Shown here: positions 25,339 through 32,000 of the stretch, piece by piece
Numbering within the stretch: position 1 is the first letter of the stretch
Layout: each line of letters begins with the position of its first letter
Assembly: GCA_963718915.1 (NCBI GenBank)
Contig: CAVRAI010000015.1
Location: 150,001 to 182,000, forward strand
Length of the DNA stretch: 32,000 nt
Source: an uncultured Chloroflexia bacterium
GTDB taxonomy: Bacteria; Chloroflexota; Ktedonobacteria; Ktedonobacterales; JADMIN01
Direction of reading: 5' to 3'
Notes under the pieces: model-generated
The model's input: the letters and a program-made list of their open reading frames with translations, nothing else
Databases searched by the model: none
What the model was told of the DNA's origin: nothing
Program-made: the position numbers and the translations under genes

Positions 25339-25633
25339 CGTTCCTGTCTCCATCATCTCTGCCCCCTCCATCGTATTTCTGGGCGCTCTGTGCAGCGGGC
25401 GCCTGTCCGCGGATGCGAGCATCTTCGTCTGGATCCAGCCAGAAGATCGTTTCGAGTGGCCGGTTGAAATAGGCCGCGAGCCGGAGCGCTAGCTCGATGG
25501 ACGGCACGTAGCGTCCCACCTCGAGCGCCAGAATCGTATGCCGCGTGACCTCCAGATCGGCGGCAAGCTGCTCCTGCGTCAGACCATGCTCCTGGCGTAG
25601 CTCGCGCAGGCGATTGACGACACCCTTTGCCAC
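25331..25633 (-). CDS. XRE-family helix-turn-helix transcriptional regulator
   Basis: NRLRELRQEHGLTQEQLAADLEVTRHTILALEVGRYVPSIELALRLAAYFNRPLETIF is a classic HTH_3 domain. The start is GTG at 25633. Confidence 0.88.
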   Translation of the reverse strand: MAKGVVNRLRELRQEHGLTQEQLAADLEVTRHTILALEVGRYVPSIELALRLAAYFNRPLETIFWLDPDEDARIRGQAPAAQSAQKYDGGGRDDGDRNDD

Positions 25634-25660
25634 AGTACCGTGTTCTCCGTCCCGCTGGTC

Positions 25661-25696
25661 ATGTTAAGCTCACTTAACGTTAAGCATACTTAACAT
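25661..25696. promoter_or_regulatory. 36-bp double palindrome, candidate XRE operator
   Basis: ATGTTAAG-CTCA-CTTAAC|GTTAAG-CATA-CTTAACAT: two GTTAAG-N4-CTTAAC inverted repeats, 28 nt upstream of the XRE start, in the divergent spacer. Confidence 0.5.
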
Positions 25697-25776
25697 ACCC
25701 GGAGATTCGTCTTCTGTCAAGGAGGTGCGGTGATGCACAGATGACCTGGTCGTTACGTCTTACATGATACGAAGCG

Positions 25777-25821
25777 CTCATTCCAGCTCATTGCTTGCTC
25801 ACTCATTGCCCGGATCATTGC
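25777..25821 (+). repeat. Four direct TCATTSC repeats upstream of the BNR lipoprotein gene
   Basis: CTCATTCC at 25777, CTCATTGC at 25787, CTCATTGC at 25802, ATCATTGC at 25814. Confidence 0.6.
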
Positions 25822-25851
25822 GCCGGAGTCAGCCACATCAGGAGAATCCCA

Positions 25852-27048
25852 ATGCGACCTGCACTGAAGTTGCGCTGTATCACACTGCTACTGGCTTTGC
25901 TGCTGCTGGCGGCCTGTGGCCAAGCGATGGCGAAGCCCACCACCGCAACTACGCTCGCGCCGACGCCGACGCCGTTTCCGACTGTAACGCCCGCGCCGAC
26001 GGTCGCTATTATTCATTCCAGCGGCGATCCCATCCGGGGCAACGTCGCCTCCTGGGTGCATGCGAACCTGCCCGCGGGCTTTGGCATGCAGTTCCACGTC
26101 TCAGATTTGCGGGTGGCGGAGAGCAATGGCAAGGTGGCGTACTCGTGCGTTGTGCCAGGCAACCCGGATCAGCCGGGACATCCGCGTGTCGTCGTGACGC
26201 ATGACGGTGGCGCATCCTGGGCATATACCACCAATATTCCGGTGATGTGGCTTTCATGCGACGCGCTCGCCGTGGATATGCTCAACCCGTCGGTGGTGGT
26301 CGCATCGGGTGATTTTGTCAGCGGAACGCAGGAGGCCACTTTCGACGGTGGGCAGTCATGGCAGGCGCTCTCGCTGCCACCGCAGCAGGCGATTCTGCAA
26401 CTCGCCACACGTGGCAATGTCACCTATGCGCTGATGAGCAAACCAAACGTCGGCCCCAACGGCGCGAGCACGATTCTCGCCGAGAGCAGCGATCACCTGC
26501 GTACGTGGCAGGAGATTGACGCGAATCTCGCTCCGACTAACCTCCGTGATTTCTGGATCAACCCCGGCAATGGCGCATTGCTGCTGCAAACGTATGCTAA
26601 TGGCCTCTGGACCTCGACCGATGATGGCGCGACCTGGCAGCAGATGGGGATTCCCACGAGCAGCGCCGTAGACTATATGGTGCAGCCGCCGATTGCCAAT
26701 CAACCATGGCGGCTCTGCGCCGAATACTACGAGACCACCGCCTCGCTGATCTGCACAGTGGATGGCGGCCACGCCTGGTATAACCCGCCCGTAGGACCGT
26801 TCTGGCAGATGGCGGGCATTGCCAGCGACGGAGCGCTGCTGGTCTACGACGAGAACTATATGGTCTACCGCCTGCCAGTTGGCGCGACGCGATGGCAAAA
26901 GCTGGGCGCGGCGCCACACACGGGCTGCTGCATCCAGTATGTGCCAGCCAGCGCTGGTGGTATGCTGTGGATGCTCGCGGCGGAGAGCGATGGCGCGGGT
27001 GCGCCGCCAGACCCACGGGCGATCTTTAGCGCGGCGTATCCCTATTAA
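25852..27048 (+). CDS. Secreted lipoprotein with BNR/Asp-box repeats (beta-propeller, sialidase/Ycf48-like fold)
   Basis: Signal peptide plus lipobox MRPALKLRCITLLLALLLLAAC. Five Asp-box-like motifs: THDGGASW, TFDGGQSW, SSDHLRTW, STDDGATW, TVDGGHAW. SD AGGAG lies 7 nt before the ATG at 25852. Confidence 0.8.
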   Translation: MRPALKLRCITLLLALLLLAACGQAMAKPTTATTLAPTPTPFPTVTPAPTVAIIHSSGDPIRGNVASWVHANLPAGFGMQFHVSDLRVAESNGKVAYSCVVPGNPDQPGHPRVVVTHDGGASWAYTTNIPVMWLSCDALAVDMLNPSVVVASGDFVSGTQEATFDGGQSWQALSLPPQQAILQLATRGNVTYALMSKPNVGPNGASTILAESSDHLRTWQEIDANLAPTNLRDFWINPGNGALLLQTYANGLWTSTDDGATWQQMGIPTSSAVDYMVQPPIANQPWRLCAEYYETTASLICTVDGGHAWYNPPVGPFWQMAGIASDGALLVYDENYMVYRLPVGATRWQKLGAAPHTGCCIQYVPASAGGMLWMLAAESDGAGAPPDPRAIFSAAYPY

Positions 27049-27059
27049 CGCAGGGCCAG

Positions 27060-27872
27060 ATGAGCGCAATCGAGCTTCCAGAAGCATTTCTCAGCAGCCT
27101 CGTGGCTGAGTTCGTGACCGCGGATACCGTTGCCGTTGCGCTGGCGGGCAGCTACGCGCGCGGAGACGCGACCCGCTGGAGCGATGTCGATATCATCCGC
27201 TACGCCACGACGATGCCCGCAACCAGCGAGGAGCGCTATACGCTCGCCATCCGCGACGGGCGGCTGGTCAGCGTCTCCACCACGACCATCGCGGCGAAAC
27301 AGGCCGATATGCGGCGACCGGAAGAGGCGATCTTCGTGGTGCCGGGACTCCGCCAGGCGCGCATCTTGCACGATCCGTCGGGCGCGCTGGCGGCGCTACA
27401 TCAGCAGGCGCGCGCCTTCACCTGGGAGCCGCTTCAAACGGCGGCCAACGCCTACGCCAGCGAGCTGGTGATGGGTCTGGCCGAGGAGGCGCATAAGCTG
27501 CTGGGCGCGCTCAGTCGCCGCGATGAGTCCGCCATACTCTACGCCGCGCATGGCGCCGTCGCCGGGCTGACGCGGGCCATCGTCGTGGGCAGGGGCGTGC
27601 TTATCGAGAGCGAGAACAGCTATTATCGCCAGGCGCAGGAGGCCACTGGACTCGACTCCGCCTGGACGCGCTACCATCGCGCAGCCGCCGGATTCGTCGC
27701 CGCTGCGAGCCGCAAGACGCCTGCCGTCGCCATTGGCATCGCCGCGCTCCACCTCTACCGCGAGACGGCGCGCCTGCTATCTTCACTGCTCCTCCCGCGC
27801 CATCTGCTGGTGATCGAGGCCACCCTCGAAGTAATCGCCACCTCCGCCTACGGGCTGACGCCAGAGAAGTAA
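27060..27872 (+). CDS. Nucleotidyltransferase-domain protein, KNTase/ANT(4')-like two-domain architecture
   Basis: NTase motif [19 protein letters not shown], followed by a helical C-terminal domain. Its order of blocks ([19 protein letters not shown] / [17 protein letters not shown] / [15 protein letters not shown]) parallels kanamycin nucleotidyltransferase as I remember that sequence. Confidence 0.65.
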   Translation: MSAIELPEAFLSSLVAEFVTADTVAVALAGSYARGDATRWSDVDIIRYATTMPATSEERYTLAIRDGRLVSVSTTTIAAKQADMRRPEEAIFVVPGLRQARILHDPSGALAALHQQARAFTWEPLQTAANAYASELVMGLAEEAHKLLGALSRRDESAILYAAHGAVAGLTRAIVVGRGVLIESENSYYRQAQEATGLDSAWTRYHRAAAGFVAAASRKTPAVAIGIAALHLYRETARLLSSLLLPRHLLVIEATLEVIATSAYGLTPEK

Positions 27873-27960
27873 AAAGGCGTCGGTCCCGAATGTCAGAAGG
27901 TATGCGTCCACGGGTGTGATACGATGGCGAGGGGAATATTCAGCGGGGAGAGCCATTCTC

Positions 27961-30621
27961 GTGTCCGAGTTGCCAACCGGCCTCGTCACTTTCCTGTTTA
28001 CCGATATCGAGGGGTCCACACGCCTGCTGCAACAGCTTGGCCCGCGCTATGGCGAGGCGCTGGCCCAGCAGCGGTCGTTGCTGCGCGCCGCGTTCGCGCG
28101 CCGTCATGGCTACGAGGTGGATACCCAGGGCGACGCCTTCTTCGTCGCCTTCACCAGCGCGTGGGACGCCCTCTCCTGCGCCGCCGACATCCAGCGCGCG
28201 CTGGCGGAGGCGGAGTGGCCGGATGGCGCGAGCGTGCGCGTGCGTATCGGGCTGCATACGGGCGAGCCAGATATCGCCGCTGGCGGCTACGTTGGGCTGG
28301 ATGTGCATCGCGGCGCGCGTATCTGCGCGGCGGGCCATGGTGGCCAGATAGTGCTCTCTCAGCCGACGTACGATCTGGTGAGCGAGGCGCGGACGGATGG
28401 CGTGACGCTACATGATCTGGGCGAGCACCGACTGCGCGACGTGCAGCAGCCTGAGCATCTCTATCATGCGGTCATTGCCAACCTGCCGCGAGATTTCCCC
28501 CCGCTCCGAACCGTGCGGGCGCAGACACTGCCAATACCGCCGACGTCGCTCGTCGGGCGGCAGGAGGCGATCAGCGCGATTCGCGCGTTATTGATGCGCG
28601 GCGACGTGCGGCTGGTCACGCTGACCGGACCGGGTGGCATCGGCAAGACACGCCTCGGCCTCCAGGTCGCCTCGGATGTGATGGTCTCCTTCGCCGATGG
28701 CGTCTTTCACGTGCCGCTGGCGACTCTGAGTGATCCGGCGCTGGTGCTGCCAGCGATCAGCCGCGCGCTCGATGTCCGTGAGTCTGGTGGGGCGGCGAGC
28801 CTGCGGACGTGGCTAGCGGGTAAGCGCGTGCTGTTGCTGCTGGATAACTTCGAGCAGGTGATCGGCGCGGCCAATGCGGTCGCCGATGTGCTGGCCGACC
28901 ATCCGGGAACGCGGATACTCGTCACCAGTCGTGAGGCGCTACACGTTCGTGGCGAGCATGAATATCTGGTGTCGCCGCTGGAGATTCCGGTATCCATCGA
29001 GGGTGAGCGCGCCGCCGAGCTCTTCGAGTTGAGCGACCTGGTACAGAATCCGTCCGTGGCGCTCTTCATCGAGCGGGCGCGCGCCATACGCCCGACCTTC
29101 GCCGTGACGCGGGCGAACCTGCCGATCATCGCGCGGATATGCGCCCGACTGGATGGCCTGCCGCTGGCCATCGAGCTGGCGGCGGCGCGTACCCGGCTGC
29201 TCTCGCCGCAGGCAATGGCGCCGCTGCTTTCCAGCCGCCTCGCGCTCTTGACCGACGGCCCACGCGATCTGCCCGCGCGCCAGCGTACCCTGCGCGACGC
29301 TATCGGCTGGAGCTACGATCTGCTCGCGCCGGAGGAACAGACGCTCTTCCGACGACTAACGCTCTTCGCGCGAGGCTTCACCTTTGACGCGGCGGTCGCG
29401 CTCAATACCGCGCTCGATGGCACATTGCCCATCGTGTATCTGGACCGCATTGCCTCGCTGGTTGATAAGAGCCTGCTGCGTCAGAGCGAGGATGAAGACG
29501 GCGAGTCGCGCTTCGGCATGCTGGAGACGATTCGCGAGTATGGCATGGAGCAGCTTTCCGTCAGCGGAGAACTGCCACGGGCACAGGAGGCCCATGCCGC
29601 CTACTATGCCGATCTGGCCGAGCAGGCGGCGCGCGAGCTAACAGGACCGAACCAGCGCGCCTGGCTGGATCGTCTCGAACGCGATCATGCCAACATGCGG
29701 GTGGCGTTGCGTTGGGCGCGCGATAGCCAGAATACTCTGCTGGGGCTTCGGTTGGCCGCCGCGCTCTGGCGCTTCTGGTATGTGCATGGCTATCTGAGCG
29801 AGGGCCGTAGCTGGCTGGCGAGTCTACTGGCGCAGTCAGCCCAGGTCACATCACGGGGCAATAGCCAGTTGCAGACGGCGCGGGCGCGCGCACTGGCGGG
29901 GGCGGCGACCCTGGCCAGCACGCAGGGCGACGTCCGCGAGACTCAGCGGCTTGGCAAAGAGAGTCTGGCGCTCTGCCGCGCGACCGGCGACCGCGAGGGG
30001 CTGGCGATAGCGCTGACCATCCTCGGCTTTCTGGCGGTGCAGCAGGCGCGTCTCGATCAGGCGGCGTCGCTGGCCGAAGAGGCGCTGGCGATCAGCCGCG
30101 AACTGGGCGACCAGTGGATTCTGGCGCGGGCGCTCTCCTGTCTTGGGCAGACAGCCTACTTCCAGATGGACTACGACCGCGCGCAGACGTACTTCGAGGA
30201 GTGTCTGCTGCTCAACCAGCGGGCGGGCAGTCTCTCCCATAGCGCGATCACCATGCTCTACCTCGGCCACGTTGCCCGCGAGCAGGGCGACCGTGAGGGC
30301 GCGCTGGATCGCTATCGCGAGGCGCTCCGGCTCAGCCGCGAGCTGGGCGACAAGCTGCGCATCGAACGCGAACTGGTGGCAATCGCCAGCATCTCCGCCG
30401 CATCCGGCCAGATGGAGCGGGCCGCCCGCCAGTTGGGCGCCGCCGCGGCCCTCCGCCAGGCAATTGGCTCCGACCAGCACCCGCTCGACCGTGACGCCAC
30501 CGCCGACGCCGAGCAGGCCGCGCGTGACGCGCTGGGCGACGACTTCGCCCGTATCGAGGCGATTGGGCGCGCGCTGCCGCTGGAGCAGGCGCTCGACGAC
30601 GCGCTGGATGATTCAGCATGA
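27961..30621 (+). CDS. Class III cyclase-homology domain - NB-ARC (STAND) ATPase - TPR repeat protein
   Basis: CHD: [13 protein letters not shown]...[10 protein letters not shown]...RIGLHTGE...[27 protein letters not shown]: Walker [13 protein letters not shown], Walker [26 protein letters not shown]-terminal TPR-like repeats fill about 350 aa. GTG at 27961 lies 8 nt after GGGGAGAG. Confidence 0.88.
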   Translation: MSELPTGLVTFLFTDIEGSTRLLQQLGPRYGEALAQQRSLLRAAFARRHGYEVDTQGDAFFVAFTSAWDALSCAADIQRALAEAEWPDGASVRVRIGLHTGEPDIAAGGYVGLDVHRGARICAAGHGGQIVLSQPTYDLVSEARTDGVTLHDLGEHRLRDVQQPEHLYHAVIANLPRDFPPLRTVRAQTLPIPPTSLVGRQEAISAIRALLMRGDVRLVTLTGPGGIGKTRLGLQVASDVMVSFADGVFHVPLATLSDPALVLPAISRALDVRESGGAASLRTWLAGKRVLLLLDNFEQVIGAANAVADVLADHPGTRILVTSREALHVRGEHEYLVSPLEIPVSIEGERAAELFELSDLVQNPSVALFIERARAIRPTFAVTRANLPIIARICARLDGLPLAIELAAARTRLLSPQAMAPLLSSRLALLTDGPRDLPARQRTLRDAIGWSYDLLAPEEQTLFRRLTLFARGFTFDAAVALNTALDGTLPIVYLDRIASLVDKSLLRQSEDEDGESRFGMLETIREYGMEQLSVSGELPRAQEAHAAYYADLAEQAARELTGPNQRAWLDRLERDHANMRVALRWARDSQNTLLGLRLAAALWRFWYVHGYLSEGRSWLASLLAQSAQVTSRGNSQLQTARARALAGAATLASTQGDVRETQRLGKESLALCRATGDREGLAIALTILGFLAVQQARLDQAASLAEEALAISRELGDQWILARALSCLGQTAYFQMDYDRAQTYFEECLLLNQRAGSLSHSAITMLYLGHVAREQGDREGALDRYREALRLSRELGDKLRIERELVAIASISAASGQMERAARQLGAAAALRQAIGSDQHPLDRDATADAEQAARDALGDDFARIEAIGRALPLEQALDDALDDSA

Positions 30622-30737
30622 GCGCAATGGGTTCACTTCGCGGGTTATGTGCTAGAGTGAGTTGGCACGCATTTTGCTTGGTTTCTTTGCAGAGTACATA
30701 CACACACTGAGAAGCCATCCGCCGAGAGGAGCATGCA

Positions 30738-31466
30738 ATGCCTTCCCCTTCCGACGTGTCATCCCTTCCCACACATCCACCGCGTGTAGCGCCCCGCCGT
30801 GGGTCGCGCCGGTTCGCTGGTCTGGCCCTCCTCGCGAGCGGACTTCTCATCGGGATCGCGTCGTTTTTACCCTGGATTCAGCGTGCCACGGCTGCCGTCG
30901 GCCATAAGCCCGCCACGACCAGTAGCCACACGGCGGCACAGGATCTTGTCGGCGTGATCTATCAGACGATGCATGCCCCAGACAGTGTGGCTACCTACGG
31001 TAACGCCATCAACGACGGTATGGCCGCGTTCGCCATGTGGGGCGTGCCATTCCTGCTGATCCTCTTCGGCCTGAGCGTCCTGTTGGCGCGCACCTGGGCG
31101 CCTCGGCTGCGCACGCGGGTCTTCTACCTCCTCCTCGTCGGCGCGAATGTGGCGTTCACAGTGCTGCTGGTCTGGCTCTACAGCACTACCTACGTTGATG
31201 CCGGCGTTGTGACCAATATGCGTCAGATCGGGCCAGCCGTTGCCCTGCTCGGCGACTTCTTCGCGCTGGTGGGAATTCTCTGGCTGGCGCGTCTCCCCAG
31301 GATTTCCAAGATGCCTAAGACGCCCAAGACACCTAAGAAGTCCACTACGCCTACCCGGTCGAGTAGACGCGAGGAGACCACCAAAGGCCCAGTTGCGCCA
31401 CCGCCACTAACTCCGCCACCAAACTCCGGGCCGCCGCGCGAGCTAGTCCCAGTCGAGGACTGGTGA
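30738..31466 (+). CDS. Hypothetical multi-pass membrane protein with a Lys/Pro-rich C-terminal tail
   Basis: SD GAGAGGAG lies 6 nt before the ATG at 30738. There are about 4 TM helices. The tail is PKTPKTPKKSTTPTRSSRREETTKGPVAPPPLTPPP. Confidence 0.6.
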   Translation: MPSPSDVSSLPTHPPRVAPRRGSRRFAGLALLASGLLIGIASFLPWIQRATAAVGHKPATTSSHTAAQDLVGVIYQTMHAPDSVATYGNAINDGMAAFAMWGVPFLLILFGLSVLLARTWAPRLRTRVFYLLLVGANVAFTVLLVWLYSTTYVDAGVVTNMRQIGPAVALLGDFFALVGILWLARLPRISKMPKTPKTPKKSTTPTRSSRREETTKGPVAPPPLTPPPNSGPPRELVPVEDW

Positions 31467-31683
31467 GCACGGAGGACTTAAATATGGTTGGGGATGGCCG
31501 GAGAATTCGGTCGCCATCCTCGCGCCATTCCTTCCGCCTGCGCTGGACCTGCTCAATATCCCATCACGAAGCTGTGACCGACCGTCAGACTTCATGTGGG
31601 GTTGTTGACAGCAGACGGAGGGGTGTACGTATTATCTAGACCCGATCAGGAAGGATTACGTCCTGATAGTTGCCGAACGTTGC

Positions 31684-32000
31684 TCAATTTCGAGCGACAT
31701 AACGAACGATATACTCGATTGTCGCTGCCTTTGATCGCTTGTTTGCTGCTGGTGCTTGAGGGTTTCGTTGCTCGACCCTGCGCGCTGCATCCTTTAGTTT
31801 TTCGTGCGAGAACAGGTCAAGCACAGTGCCTAATTGGTCTGCACCGTACGCCTCGTAGACGAGGTAGGGATCTACGGGCGCAGAAGTATTCAACGTGAAC
31901 CCCTCAACATGCTTGACAGGCAGAGGTTTAGCGCGAGCGCTTTGGGCGTTGTGCTGGATGATGCCGTGCCACGTTTCTGAGCTCCGGCAGCACGCCATAG
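31684..32000 (-). CDS. Hypothetical protein in an AT-richer segment; it may continue beyond the window edge
   Basis: The ORF is open from the window end to the stop at 31684. The C-terminal half (VDPYLVYEAYGADQLGTVLDLFSHEKLKDAARRVEQ) looks like protein. I recognise no family. Confidence 0.35.
   Translation of the reverse strand, partial: MACCRSSETWHGIIQHNAQSARAKPLPVKHVEGFTLNTSAPVDPYLVYEAYGADQLGTVLDLFSHEKLKDAARRVEQRNPQAPAANKRSKAATIEYIVRYVARN

Noticed and set aside
1-32000. Mobile genetic elements, prophage, or toxin-antitoxin pairs.
   Set aside because: I found no transposase, integrase, recombinase, phage structural gene, or long terminal inverted or direct repeats. The PIN domain belongs to the conserved YacL-type membrane protein and not to a VapBC pair. 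The NTase is too large for an MNT antitoxin and has no HEPN partner.

Overview
GC-rich bacterial chromosomal window. I found no rRNA, tRNA, CRISPR array, transposase or integrase. About 27 protein genes are credible. In order they are: a partial NMT1/THI5-type ABC substrate-binding lipoprotein; a frameshifted zinc-ribbon/proline-rich membrane protein; a NudL-type CoA pyrophosphatase; rpsA with a long acidic tail; a membrane-anchored hypothetical protein; clpC, radA, a YacL-like PIN/TRAM protein and an ispD-like gene (the same order as in Bacillota); a PaiB-like protein; a cytoplasmic molybdopterin oxidoreductase; a visibly more AT-rich block (acidic hypothetical, AAA_33 kinase-like ATPase, S51 peptidase, DUF1801); a 7Fe ferredoxin; trmD; a cytoplasmic PAS histidine kinase with a KdpE-like response regulator; an XRE regulator with two small membrane proteins; and a plus-strand cluster of a BNR/Asp-box lipoprotein, a KNTase-like nucleotidyltransferase, a cyclase-NB-ARC-TPR STAND protein and a membrane protein. 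The most interesting signals are outside or between genes. (1) A four-copy intergenic three-hairpin repeat family whose 20-nt hairpin modules are swapped and inverted between copies while the core keeps its orientation. (2) Three perfect GGTCAAC heptads at 10-bp spacing, resembling a CtsR operator, between radA and the PIN/TRAM gene. (3) A single-base frame break inside a duplicated 23-nt segment of the zinc-ribbon gene. (4) A promoter-plus-terminator pair that defines a candidate ~100-nt sRNA at the head of a ~1.1-kb non-coding spacer upstream of rpsA. (5) An IspD-like protein that lacks the canonical N-terminal CTP-binding motif. (6) A cyclase-homology domain with non-canonical substrate and transition-state residues fused to an NB-ARC/TPR module. 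The phylum cannot be established from this sequence. The gene content gives an impression of Chloroflexota or Actinomycetota, nothing more. Every function is inferred from motifs read by eye; no database search was possible.
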